64,000 nucleotides of DNA from contig NC_042999.1 of the NCBI RefSeq assembly GCF_006345805.1, positions 124,682,001 through 124,746,000 of the forward strand, written 5' to 3'. Shown in pieces: positions 12,961 through 26,694 of the stretch. The position numbers and the translations under genes were made by a program. Source of the stretch: Octopus sinensis. Its lineage: Eukaryota. The stretch's first letter is position 1; each line of letters begins with the position of its first letter. Below the pieces are notes generated by a model. It had not been told where the DNA came from. It made no database searches and saw only the letters and a program-made list of their open reading frames with translations.

Positions 12961-13176
12961 ATAATATGATATATTCATGAAAGCTAGTGGCTCTCTCCAG
13001 TGCATGTTAGGGTTTTTTAGTCACATGCAACTCTTTGGTATCATGTCATGAGAATTATTATCTTCAAGTAGATTATCAACTTTGCTACATGTATCCAGTA
13101 TTTTTTCTTGCATTTGTTTATACGTACGTATATATATATATATTATATATAATATATATATATATAATTATATATA

Positions 13177-13209
<33 letters not shown>

Positions 13210-13350
13210 ATATTCCATTGCTGCCATCTATGAAGAGAGCAAGGTTACATAATCAGGCCATTATCTAACACTCTGTTGAACCCCTAGTGTGAAACCAATT
13301 AGTAAGATCGACTGTAAAAGATATATAAGACTATATGCTTTGATTTATAA

Positions 13351-13412
<62 letters not shown>

Positions 13413-14059
13413 CATCATCATCATTTAACATTCACTTTTCTCTGTTTGCGTAGGTCAGACGGAATTTATTGAAACACCTATTGCCAACCCTCACACTTTG
13501 TTTTTAAGGGAAAGTTTGACAGTCACTTAAAAGTTTGGCATATGCAGCATCATAGGGCTGTCATATGAAGATTGCATTGTAAAAGTAAAATAAATACGTT
13601 ACTCTACTACATAGCATTGAGTAATCCTTCAAGTTAATGTTTGACTGATTTTATACAATCATTCATAAAAATCAATCATTAATACAAACATATAAATATA
13701 ACACAAATAAAGGTATATTAAAAAACATAGGTTCCACAGGGAGCCTTCAATTCTTTTTATCCAAAAGGGTTTTTCAACCCAGTATTTAAATTCTTTTATT
13801 TTAGCTGCATATGTGCTTCAAGATCTATTGTCCCAAAAAAAAAAAAACTATTCCACATTCAAGATAAATTTTTGATTAACCTCCATTCAAGGGAAAAGTA
13901 AACAAAATAAACACCTTGTAGCAGTTGCAACCAACTCTAAATGAAAAGGGGAGATAACCTTATGAATCAAGAATTCTTTATTATTGACATGCTATTAAAG
14001 CAGTGGTTCTCAACCATTTTTTTCAGTATGTATTTTACTTTGGTGGATCTCCATAGCAA

Positions 14060-14263
14060 TTCAATGTCTACTCTTTTCAGTCATTTGACTGTGGCCATGC
14101 TGGAGCACCGCCTTTAGTCGAGCTAATCGACCCCAGGACTTATTCTTTGTAAGCCTAGTACTTATTCTATCGGTCTCTTTTGCCAAACCGTTAAGTTACG
14201 GGGACATAAACACATCACCATCAGTTGTCAAGCAATGTTGGGGGGACAAACACAGACGCACAA

Positions 14264-14310
<47 letters not shown>
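14060..14310 (-). mobile_element. SINE family A, 3' half
   Basis: cagtcatttgactgtggccatgctggagcaccgcctttagtcgag...; near-identical to 41456-41690. Confidence 0.8.
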
Positions 14311-14313
<3 letters not shown>

Positions 14314-16149
14314 CCACTAAAATTTTATGTGGCACCTTGAGGTCAAGAGTTAGTACAGTAGCTGTGGTGTGTCGCCCTACAAGAGTGTTAATGACCTGTA
14401 GGGACATCACATTTCATTATGCAACCATAATAGACTACAAAGTATATTAAACATTTATCTAAGTCAATACTGTGTCTACTGTGTTAGCAGTGCTATTACA
14501 TCCCTTACTAATGTTATCTCTACAGATTTACCCATTATTTGTCTTCAATCTCATTGTTGTTTACATCAGGCATCTTGGATACAAAACATCATAACAAAAG
14601 TCAGTGCTAGCTATAATTTCTATAGAGTATTTGTAGAGACAACCTTAACAAGTACTGCAAGAGTAATGACAAGATGAGAAACGAGATAGGAATACTTGAA
14701 TGAAAATAATATGAGCCAACCTAGCTTTAAAAAGTGAAGACTTGAAGAAAAGACAAAGTGAGAGATAATACACTTGTGGGCTAGGGATTGGAGTACATTT
14801 ATGAATGACTTCCTACCAATCAGTTTGGGTGAGGCTTTTTGGATGTGATCTAATATATGACAGAGAGGGAAAACTATTGTCATAAGGAAGATTTTAATCA
14901 ATTAGGCAATCAGTTTTCTATGTAATGTCTTCAAATTAACTGTGAAAGTAAGCTCATGATTCAGTTATCTGACTCGTACTTTATCATCAAACTTGTTAAA
15001 GAGATAGTAAATATTTAACTGTATAGTAAACCCAACATTATTATTCAAAACTGAAAATTTTCTTAACTCTGACAGAAAGGCTAAGTTCTTCCTGATATAG
15101 TTTTGTAAAATGAAGAATAAAGAATTTCCAAAATAAACTGCAAGGGATGCTTAAGTGATAAATATTTTACAGGAAGAGAGGGATCTGGTAAGTTTATCGA
15201 TATTCCTGAGAAATGGGGTGGGTTGATGTAATGATGTAACTTTAGCATATAAATATTTTTAAATATGGATTTCTAACACTGATACTGGCCACACATTATT
15301 GGAAAAGATTGTAGTCAATTCAATCAGCCTCAGTTTTTGACTTTCTTATTTTAACATGCCAGTGCCACATAAAAGTACCTGTGCCAGTGGCACATTAAAA
15401 GCACCCAGTACACACAGTATACTAGCTGGCATTAGGAAGGGTACCCAGCTATAGAAATCAAGGCAAATTAGACTGGAACATAGTGTTGCTTCCCAGCTTC
15501 CTAGTTCTGGTCAAACTGTCCAACCCATGCCAGCATGGAAAATAGATGATAAAAGATGATAGTGATTATGATGAAAAGAACAAAAGCTATGTTGATCTTG
15601 GCAGGATATGAATGCAGCTAAACGTAAAGTGTGCATTGCATTCAATTTGTCAGTCACAAAATCTACTATCCACTATTTTATTTTTTTTTTTTTCTTCATG
15701 TTACCAAATTACGAAGTTGTCAAATTTTTTATTTAAAAAATGACTTAGAAGAGAGAAACAAATGTAACAGATATTTGACAGGGAATCTGAAATGTTCTTG
15801 TCAACATAACCAATGAAGAAACTTTAGATTAAGGTTGACAGTTCTGAATCATTATCATCATTATTAAATGGCTGTCTTCCATGCAGTAATGAGTTGAACA
15901 GTTCAACAGGATCTGACAAAATGGGGAAATGTGTTGAGCTCTAATGTCTGCTTTGGCATAGTTTCTACAGCTGGATGTCTTCTAAACAGCAATGACTTTA
16001 CTGAGTGTACTAAGGGCTTTTTTTATAGGTATCAGCTGTTGTGCACAAGAGAGAAGACTGTGCTGATTTGGTCATGTGATGCATATTGATGAAGACAGAT
16101 GCATAAAGAAGTTCCAAGCTCTAAATGTGGAGGGTATCTGTGGAAGAGG

Positions 16150-16560
16150 TAGACCCAGAAAAACATGGGAGAAAGTCGTGAGAAAGGCTGAGCCTCATTA
16201 AAGAAATGACAAGGGGCCAGGAGATAAGATGGTTTGCTATGCTTGACGAGACATGTCAAACTAATTAATATTGCTGTCTTCCACACATACAGGATTTCCT
16301 TTCAGGTGCCAATGCCACATTAAAAGCACCCATGCCAGTGTTGCATTAATGCACCTGTGCCGGTGGCACATAAAAATAAAGCGTCCAACACACTCTGTTA
16401 AGTGGTTGGTGTTAGGAAGGGCATCCAGCTGTAGAAACCATGTCACAACAGACAACTGGAGTCTGGACAGCTCCCTGCAAGCCAGCTCCATGTCAAACCA
16501 TCCAACCCATGCCAGCATGGAAAGCAGATGTCAAACGATGATGATGATGACAATAATGAT
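16150..16560 (+). mobile_element. RTE LINE 3' end relic
   Basis: Encodes NVEGICGRGRPRKTWEKVV, then the shared 3' UTR and (GAT)n tail. Confidence 0.7.
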
Positions 16561-16670
16561 GATGGTAGCAACACTAATGAAGTCTCCAAATAACTAGCAA
16601 GACAAGCTCCCTTCAATTGAGTGGAGGATGTAACAGAGAAAGAGATGCCGAGAGACTAAATTATGATTAA

Positions 16671-16888
16671 CCCTTTCGTTACCAACCTGGCTGAAACCAG
16701 CTCTGGTTCTGAGTACAATTGTCTTGTTTTCATAAGTTTTGAATTAAAATCTTCCACCAAACCTTAGTCACAATTTATGTTCCTAACACTAGCTGAATGA
16801 TAACTAAGTTATTTTACTAAATTCTGTTATATTTAAAGTAATTGAAAGAAACAGAGAGCATCTCAAAATAAATATAGTAACGAAAGGG
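16671..16888. mobile_element. piggyBac-type MITE
   Basis: TIRs ccctttcgttac / gtaacgaaaggg flanked by TTAA (16667-16670, 16889-16892). Confidence 0.85.
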
Positions 16889-17984
16889 TTAAAGAACCAG
16901 AGGAGCTATGTGAAGATGATGAGGTGTTAGGACATACTCTCAAGGTAAAAGAAGATGAAAATAAGAATGAATAAGAAGAGAGAATAATGAATGGTGGATA
17001 TGTAAGTTTGCAAGAGTTCCAATAGAAGAGGGACACATGGTTAAAGATGGGAATTAAGGTGAATGCAATGAATGGGGAACAAGCCCATGCCACACATTTT
17101 CTGAAGCTTTACTAGTATCATGTATAACACCCATTTCTTCCAGATTAATATGTGTGTGTGTGTGTTATTTATGTATCATATGTGTGTGTTGCTGTTGCTA
17201 TTGTTTAGCTCCAATTCAACCTCAAGACTAAGCAAACCTATGATCAAAGGTATCCCAGCTGTGACCATCTCATCTTTTTCTCTTTTCTTTGTTTTTCTTT
17301 TCAGTGTATATCTCAGTCTATGTTATCCCATGTGTTGTGTCATGTTGTGTTGAAGACATCGCTAATTTATTCTTGATAATTTTCTGTGAAGCTTTTCAAG
17401 TTTATGGACTTTATTTGTTATTATTCTACAGAAACCAGAAAAAAAAATTACCCTCAACCTTCACACACTTTCTTGTTTCGCATGTTTACCAACCATTGGT
17501 CCTGCCTAGTATTCTTTGATGTTGCATTCTACTTCACTAATAGATTCCAAATGTCCCACTTGAGGTTGTTGTTGTTATAAAGCCTCAAACATCATGCTTT
17601 GTCTATTACTACTCTGAGAACAGAATTTTCTTCTTTTTTTGCTTTTCTATTTTGTTTTTAATTGAATACAACAATCTTTCTGCACTGCATTTCTATAATT
17701 TTAAGGAAAATTTTTGTTTTCTTTCAGCTTTTCAGTCAAGAATTCTTTAATGTATTTCAATAAAAAATATATATGTATTGTCCCCCTTAGGAAATGTATT
17801 GTCATCAGCAGTCTGCTGAGACTTACATAGGTTTCACAATATATTATATGGCAATGATGTTTACATCTTTCATGTGGAAGAGATATTTCACATCCTATAT
17901 TTAGATAATTTAATTCATAAAGACAATGATATAATTTATCAGGTACACATGAAATTATCAATGAATTATAAATTATAGGCACAG

Positions 17985-18395
17985 CTGAGGCTGTATGGTA
18001 AGTGGAAAGAGGTTTGCTCCCCAACCACATGGTTTGGGTTCAGTTTCTCTTTGGTATATTGAACAAGTATCTTCTACTATAGCCCTGGAATAACCAAAGC
18101 CTTGCGAGTGAATTTGGTTGGCAGAAACTGAAAGGCAGTGAGATGATAGAAACATTAGCATGCCGGGCGAAATGCTTAGTGGTATTTCGTCTGCCACAAC
18201 ATTCTGAGTTCAAATTCTGTCGAGGTCGACTTAGCCTTTCATCCTTTCAGGGTCGATTAAATAAGTACCAGTTATGTACTGGGATCACTATAATCGGCTT
18301 AATTCATTTGTCTGTCCTTGTTTGTCCATTCTGTGTGTAGCCCCTTGTGGACAGTAAAGAAATAAGAAATAAGAAACTGAAAGAAGCCCATTATA
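17985..18395. mobile_element. Adjacent SINE A head (minus) and SINE family B (plus)
   Basis: aaccacatggtttgggttcag... followed by ggcagtgagatgatagaaacattagcatgccgggcgaaatgcttagtggtatttcg... Confidence 0.7.
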
Positions 18396-19330
18396 TCATC
18401 ATTATCATCATCATTTAACATGCCTTGTCCATGCTGGTATGGGCTGGATGGTTTGACCAGGACTGGCAAGCTGGAAGGCTGCACCAGACTCCAGTTGATT
18501 TGGCATTGTTTCTACAGCTGAATGCCCTTCCTAATGCCAACCACTCCAAGAGTGTAAATGGGTACTTTTATGTTCTACCAGCATGGGTACCATTTGCATG
18601 ACACCAGTATCTGCCATGACTGTGATTTTATTTGGGTTGATGGGTCTTCTTCTCAAGCACAACATAACAACAAAGGTCTCGGTCATTGCCTCTGTGAGGC
18701 ACAACACTCAAAAGGAGCTGTTCATGTGCCACCAGTATCAACCACTTTGCCTCCATGAAGCCCAATACTCGAAAGGTGCTTCTTATGTGCCACCAGCATG
18801 GGTGTCAGTAATGTGACATCAGCATCAGCCCCGACTACAATTTTGCTTAACTTGATGGGTCTTCTCAAGCACAGCCAAAGGTCTAGATCACTAGTCATTG
18901 CCTCTGTGTGGCCCAAAGTTTGAAGATCATGCTTCACCACTTCATCCCAGGTCTTCCTAGATCTACCTCTACCACAGGTTCCCTTCATAGTTAGAGATCG
19001 GCACTTCTTTACACAACTGTCCTTGTCGATATGCATCATATGATCATACCAGTGCAGTCATCTCTCTTGCACACCACATCTGATGCCTCTTATGCCCAAC
19101 TTTTCTCTCAAGATGCTTAAACTCTGTCGAACATGCACATTGACATTGCACATCCAGTGAAGTATACTGGCTTCATTTCTTTCAAGCCTACACATGTCCT
19201 CAGCTGTTACAATCCTTATTTCACTGCTGTGTATCATAGCTGTTTGCACACAGGCATTATACAATCTGCCTTTCACTCTGAGAAAGAGGCCTTTTGTTGC
19301 AGAGGTAGGAGCTCTCTGAACTTTACCCAG
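18396..19330 (-). mobile_element. RTE-clade LINE 3' fragment (ORF C-terminus, 3' UTR, tail)
   Basis: KGRLYNACVQTAMIHSSE, RLERNEASILHWMCNV, GTCGRGRSRKTWDEVVKHDL; (CAT)n tail at the left end. Confidence 0.85.
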
Positions 19331-19613
19331 CCTAATCTCATTATATACATTACCCTGGGTTTCCTGTTCATAAGGGTTCGACTTTATGGTGTGTCATCTG
19401 ATCTCAATGCCTGATGGCCTAAGACCTTTTTAAAATATGGAGGGGAAAGAATCTCAACACAAAATGCAAAAGTAAACAAAAGGATTATCTCCCTTTGCTA
19501 ATAACTATCGACTTTTGGCCATGGCACCATCAATCGGCTATGAGGGTAAGCAAAAATATAAATTACTCTTTCTTAGAGTGTACTTCTTCTCAGGATTTAT
19601 GTTTTTCTAATAA

Positions 19614-19656
<43 letters not shown>

Positions 19657-19965
19657 TTTATGAATTCATTGTGCAAGATTCCTGATGTGAAACCATGTGT
19701 TGAAACTGATATTTATTTGGCAAAAAATGATAATAATAATAATAATAAATAAAATGACCATCCCAACGTACAACAATATATATATATATATATACAAATT
19801 GAGATAGGGGTTGTAAATGCAACCCTCCATGGGATAACATATATCCAATATACTGCTAGTGAAGTACCCAACAAAGTTAATACATAAATGTTAAGAATTG
19901 TGATGCAATTAATTCATTTACTGTATTATATGGGCAAAGGTAAAATGTTTTACCACAAATTAATA

Positions 19966-20610
19966 ATACAAAATAAGAAAATGGAGAAATACATCCAAAT
20001 TAATTATCAACTACCAGATAATACCTAATCACATACTTTATTAAACCACTACATATGAACATTAAAGTCAAACATAATAATATAGAACAAAACAGTGTAC
20101 ATGAAGGAGTAATATGATACAATAAGTACAATATGTATAAGAGAATATAAATAAATATAAATATAAATATAAACTACATCTTACAGCTGTTTCGGCCATG
20201 CAGATATGGGTGTCTGTGTATATGATATATTATTGGTATGTACCCACACTTGTATGGGTGTATATCTAATTTAGTTTGTATTTCATAATCTCCGAAGAGG
20301 CCTTGGGATATTTTTGCAAGTGTCTCATTTATAACTACATATTGACCTATCACACATGGCTAATATGAGCAAAATGAGACACCCATATCTGCATGACCGA
20401 AACAGCTGTAAGATGTAGTTTATATTTATATTCTCTTATACATATTGTACTTATTGTATCATATTACTCCTTCATGTACACTGTTTTGTTCTATATTATT
20501 ATGTTTGACCTTAATTCTCATATGTAGTGGTTTAATAAAGTATGTGATTGGGTATTATCTGGTACTTGATAAATGATTTGGATGTATTTTTCCATTTTCT
20601 TATTTTGTAT
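19966..20610 (+). mobile_element. Fold-back PLE pLTR-like relic with a hammerhead motif (20288-20414)
   Basis: Inverted arms at 19966-20215 and 20377-20610. Motif: aucu CCGAAGA ggcc [~90 nt hairpin] gacc GAAA C agcu G UA agau. (TA)n at the 3' end. Confidence 0.7.
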
Positions 20611-23600
20611 ATATATATATGTATACACACACATATATATCTTGATAATTCTAAAACTCTAGAGATGTTTGTGCATACCCAAAATATCTTAGAAACAGTA
20701 TATTTTATTTTAATTTTTTTAAAGTACAAATTTTTGTGATATTTGGGACTCTATTAAGGAAAACAATTAAACAAAATTTTTTTTTGTTATTTTTTGATGA
20801 AAAAAAATTGCTTCCATGATGTCAACACACATACAGACATACAGAATACACACGCATATAATGAATGTCATAGCATGTCAATCAAAACAAACACAGGTCC
20901 GCTGTTTGTGACATGTACACACATAATCTTCGCACACTCTAAGGAAAAAAAAAGACATCAACTTTTTGATGTACACAATATTTTAATCTTTTAGAAATAT
21001 TTTTAACAGAATGTGATTTCAAAAATGTAAGTTGTTTGCACAGTAAGTATTTATATTTTAGCTTTCTTTAAACAGACAATATTTTAATGGGTTTTTTAAA
21101 ATTATTTTCGAGTGAATGGCGATCTTTTGCTTATCATCCAGAGTTTGCTAATTTCAGTAAAAAAATTTCATTTATTTACTTTTGTTTAAAGTGAAAAAGT
21201 GTGTGATGTGTGTGTGTGTGTGTGTCATCATCATCAACATTATTTTCACATCTAGTTTTACATGAGTTTATTAAGGCAGATTTTCAACAGCTGGATGCCC
21301 TTCTTGTTACCTACACGCACCTGTTTCCAAATAAGGTAATATTTTCCCATGGCCAGATATGTTTTTACAGAATATTAGAAATGTATGACACTGTCATTGC
21401 ATGACAGTGACACTCATATATATCACTATCATCATCAGTATCACTTTAACATCAATTTTTTCCATGCTCGCATGGGTTAGATGAGATTACACCGATGCAG
21501 AGTTTTCTACAGTCAGATGTCCTCTCTGACACAAATCTTCACCTGTTTCCAAACAAGGTAATAATCTATCAAACAACATACAGACCAAATATGATTTCAT
21601 AAAGGACTGAAATCAATTGAAACCAAGTGTATGACTGGTATGGCTTTTATTTACAATTAGTATGCAATATATCAAGACCATTTTATTGCCACATTTCTAT
21701 TGGAATACTCTTCCTTCATTTCAAATGATTTTGAAAATAAGTAAAATAATTCAGTAAAATATCTTTGTCATTAGTAAGCTGGCATTAGGGACATAAATTT
21801 AGCCTGAAATTTTGATGGGAGATTTTGATTTAAATCACTTTAGAATAAGTATGAAGCATTTTGGTATCAAAAAGGTCAAGAGACATGTAACATTTTTTCT
21901 GGTGTTTTTTTATTTCTTCTTGTTTATCTTGATAAAGGACCTTGACTGAAACATTGATGTCCTTCCTTTTCTCACATGGCTTAAAACACTAACCATGTTT
22001 ACTGACGATTTCTTTCAAAATTCTGCTTCTTTGGATTATATACATATTAATTGCTAACTACTAACACTAATTACTCAATCAAGAAGTTGAAGAATCTGTT
22101 TTGAGTCAGGTAAATTGAATCAAAAAGAATTAGCTACCTTAGCCTTATAATGGTAAAGACTCAGTAATATGCATTCGAGAGATAACTATAGGGTCTTTCA
22201 ACCCCCTTGAAATAACAACTAAATTCCTGTCTTAAAAAAAGCGCACATTGAATAATTTAACCTTGAATATTATCTGAAACAAAGATGATCATAGCTGGGA
22301 TATCTTTGATCAAAGGTCTGTCAAGTTAAGGCTGATCTGGTGTTAACAACTCAGTAACCAGTCTATTCACTAAATAAAGTTGATCTTGGTTAAATTCCTC
22401 CAATTATTAATGTAAGTTTTATAAAAGAATTTTGCTCTTATTTTCCAGGGATTTTCTATTGAAGATTTATTTTATACATGTTTATTAAATGTGTGTATGA
22501 CACATCCCATTAACACTTTTGTTACTATATTTCTGCTGAAATACACTGCCTTCATTTCAATTGATTTTGAAAATAATGAAGAATTTAATAAAATAACTTT
22601 TGTTGTTATTAAGCTGGTGTTTGGAATATAAATTAACATGAAATTTTGATGGAAGGGTTTAATTTACATTACATTAAAACAGGAAGTTGGTATCCTAGAA
22701 CCATGAACAGTCTCAGTGTATTGTCAGATGCTTGTTGAGATTCATACACATTTCACAATGTAGAGACACTTAATGATATTGGCAACTGCTCTATGGGCAT
22801 GTGAATTCATATTATATTGGTCACTTTTATCTGAGTCTTCCTCGTCAGTTGTTCATTAGATGTTGTTGCTGTTGTTGTTGCTTCCTATGATCAAAGGCAC
22901 TTCATTCATAACCATCTTATCTTTTAATCAATGTTATCTAATACCACATTATCCAATCTGTCTTTTAAGACAGTAGTGCGCGATTTGAGAGCAATTTGAC
23001 TGATAATTCTAGTTGTCAAAGTTGCTTCATTAGCTCATTAACTCGTTTACGTTGCATGTCATTGTTAAAAACATGTAGCTATTACTTATTCTCACATTAT
23101 GTATAGTTTCAGGGTGTAGCTTTAACTTATTTTGATGCTGTATATGTTTTACCTAGTAGCTGCTGTCAAATATTTCATTTGAATGGACACTGCATTTGAT
23201 GTTTGTGTCTTTGTTATTACTTGATAAAAGTGGCCCTAATTTTATATTATAGCTTATAACTAAATATTAAATGGTAATTTACGTTGGTACTCTTTATACT
23301 TGTTATATTACTTGTTATTCTCTGAACTCTTTGATATGTTTTATAATACAAGTTCATTTGATTATGTTCGTATTCTGATTTCAGATGATAGTGTTTGTTG
23401 TTTTTTTTTATGATACTACTTTTTATTGTTGTTGTTTTGCTGCTGCTGTTGTTGCTGCTGCTGCTCTTGATTTTACTTTTGTTGCTGTTGTTTCAGTTAA
23501 ATGCATAGCTTTCACTACAAGTGTGTTTGAGAACAAAATACCAGTCATGGTTCAATTCATATGCTTGACTTTCTTGTTGTGTTATACACAGATAATATTC

Positions 23601-23634
23601 CTTTTAATGACTAAAGTTCAAAAACAGAGGTGAA

Positions 23635-23707
23635 TATATGTATGTGTGTGTGTGTGTATACATACATATACACATATGTATGTATATTAATATATATATA
23701 TATATGC

Positions 23708-23742
<35 letters not shown>

Positions 23743-23758
23743 TATATATATTATAATG

Positions 23759-23793
<35 letters not shown>

Positions 23794-23932
23794 GTATATA
23801 TAAATAAATATATATATAGATATAAATAAATAAATATATATATATAGATATAAATAAATAAATATATATATATATATATATAAATAAATATATATATATA
23901 TATAAATAATAAATATATATATATATAAATAA

Positions 23933-23964
<32 letters not shown>

Positions 23965-23973
23965 ATATAATAA

Positions 23974-24006
<33 letters not shown>

Positions 24007-24470
24007 TATATATATATATAAATAAATAAATATATATATATATATAAATAAATAAATATATATATATATATATAAATAAATAAATATATAATGTATATAA
24101 ATAAATAAATATATATATATATAATAAATAAATATATATATATATAAATAATAAATATATATATAAATAAATAAATAATATATATAAATAAATAAATAAA
24201 TAAATATATATAAATAAATAAATATATATATATATAAATAAATAATATATATATATATAAATATATATATATATAAATAAATAAATAAATATATATAAAT
24301 AAATAAATATATATATATATATAAATAAATAAATACTTATATATATATATAAATAAATAAATACTTATATATATAAATAAATAAATACTTATATATATAT
24401 ATGTATAAATACTTATATATATATATATATATTATATATATATATATATATTATATATATATATATATAT
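23635..24470. repeat. (TA)n/(TAAA)n compound mini/microsatellite
   Basis: Read directly. Confidence 0.92.
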
Positions 24471-24473
24471 ATA

Positions 24474-24700
24474 TCATCACATTTAGCGTCCGTTTTCCAT
24501 GCTAGCATGGGTTGGACGGTTCAACTGGGGTCTGGGGAGCCCGAAGGCTGCACCAGGCCAGTCAGATCTGGCAGTGTTTCTACAGCTGGATGCCCTTCCT
24601 AACGCCAACCACTCCGAGAGTGTAGTGGGTGATTTTATGTGCCACCGACACACAGGTGCCAGACGAGGCTGGCGAACGGCCACGCTCGGATGGTGTTTAT
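24474..24700 (-). mobile_element. Young RTE-tailed SINE copy inserted in the TA tract
   Basis: Matches 2039-2345; CpGs retained. Confidence 0.8.
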
Positions 24701-24964
24701 ATATATAAATATATATATATATATATAAATATATATATATATAAATATATATATATATAAATATATATATATATTATAATATATATATATATAAAATAAT
24801 AGTTATCGCCATACTAATATGGCATTCTTATAAAAATAAGAATAAAGCTGACCGCTTATTAGCTCCATGAGGCCATCGCCTTAAGTTAGCTATTTGATAC
24901 ACAAACTGTATCCATATAACCTTCGAACAAGGGAGGTCAGTCGCTCCACACTACTTGACCGGCA

Positions 24965-25004
24965 GCTACAGACGTTTCGGGGTATTGCCCCTTTTCAATG
25001 CAGC
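24965..25004 (-). ncRNA. Minimal type I hammerhead with U3-A8 core
   Basis: Minus strand: gcugca UUGAAAA gggg caaua cccc GAAA C G UC uguagc. 6-bp stem I with one G-U pair, 4-bp stem II, palindromic ACGU stem III. Confidence 0.78.
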
Positions 25005-25052
25005 GTAGCCAGCCAGTAGGTGTCGCTTCCGACAATCTCTGTTCGATGGTTT

Positions 25053-25098
25053 TATTTACCTAGTTTCGGTGGAATACATCCACTTGTTTTCAATAATA
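25053..25098 (-). ncRNA. Second, less regular hammerhead-like motif in the same unit
   Basis: Minus strand: uauu a UUGAAAA caa gugga uguau uccac c GAAA C uag G UA aaua. Confidence 0.45.
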
Positions 25099-25239
25099 GA
25101 GATATTAAAATTACTAAGTCTCTCTAAAAGAGAACACAGCGGCAGCGTTCCCGGAAAATAATAGTTATCGCCATACTAATATGGCATTCTTATAAAAATA
25201 AGAATAAAGCTGACCGCTTAGTAATTTTAATATTTCTAT

Positions 25240-25240
<1 letters not shown>

Positions 25241-25272
<32 letters not shown>

Positions 25273-25275
25273 AAT

Positions 25276-25306
<31 letters not shown>

Positions 25307-25319
25307 AATATATATATAT

Positions 25320-25390
<71 letters not shown>

Positions 25391-25625
25391 ATATATATAT
25401 ATATATCTAAATATATATATATATATATATATAATAAATATATATATATACTTATATAAATATATATATATATATAAATATATATACTATATATGAAATA
25501 ATATATATATATAAATATATATATATAAATAAATATATATATATAAATATTATATATATATAAATATAAAATATTATAATATATATAAATATATATATAT
25601 ATATATAACTATATATATATATAAT

Positions 25626-25656
<31 letters not shown>

Positions 25657-25705
25657 AATATAATATATATATAAATATATTATATATATAAATATATATA
25701 AATAT

Positions 25706-25736
<31 letters not shown>

Positions 25737-25990
25737 AATATATATTATATATAATATATATAAATATATATATAAATATATATATAAATATAATATATAT
25801 ATAAATATATATATAATATATAATATATAAAGAATATATATATATATATATAAATATACTTATAGTAAAATAAATATATTACCGATATATATATAATATA
25901 TTCCTATATTAAATAAATATATATATATAATAAATATATACTATAATATATCATATATCATATTATATAATATAATACTAAGATATATAT
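25241..25990. repeat. Degenerate (TA)n block, almost free of G and C
   Basis: Read directly. Confidence 0.92.
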
Positions 25991-26174
25991 ATATAATATA
26001 TATATTTATATTTTCTTATCTTGAACATGCTGTCAAAACAAGGAGACAAATACATACAGAGAAATATACATGTATACATACATATATATATCATCATCAT
26101 CATCTTATAATTCATTCTTTCTCTCTCTTTTTCTGCATCTTCTGCACTGTCCTCAGATTGATACCCAAACACAA

Positions 26175-26389
26175 AATGTTTGTATTGGAGCTTCTGGTGC
26201 AAATGCCAAGTAGTACAGCATGTCGTTTCCAAATTTCTAGCAGAGTGAATTGTGTCATGGTGCTGTTTTTCTTACAAACAGTGCCCGACTGACCCTACCA
26301 TATTGTGTAGTCAACAAAATCAAAAACAAACATAACGCATGCATGAGATAAAAAATATAAAATGGTGACAATTTATCCATGGTGCCCTG
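26175..26389 (-). mobile_element. Terminal fragment of the same Tc1/maT-like family as 7144-8019
   Basis: Aligns by eye to ~7805-8019, including the terminus ...ccctg|ta. Confidence 0.8.
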
Positions 26390-26639
26390 TATGTATATGT
26401 ACATATATATATATATATATACACCAGGATTCTTTCAGTTTCCATCACACAGTGAGATTAACTTGAAACAATGTGGTTTGGAAGCAAACTTCTTAACAAA
26501 CACACACTGACACACAAACATACATATAATGTATATACATACATACATGTACACATGCAAACACATATACATATATACATATACTCACATACAGACACAC
26601 ATATACACCTGCTTGTGTGTGTACATATGTGTAAGAATA

Positions 26640-26694
<55 letters not shown>

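Larger units (their letters stand above)
24793..25240 (-). mobile_element. 362 bp hammerhead-bearing unit with 66 bp terminal direct repeat and short 5' inversion (family H2)
   Basis: Direct repeat at 24793-24858 and 25155-25220. 25217-25240 is the inverse of 25095-25118. Flanked by (TA)n. Confidence 0.85.

Noticed and set aside
19500-19545. Minus-strand uugaugg-ugccauggcc-aaaagucga, a remote hammerhead look-alike
   Set aside because: Too many core mismatches and no stem I.
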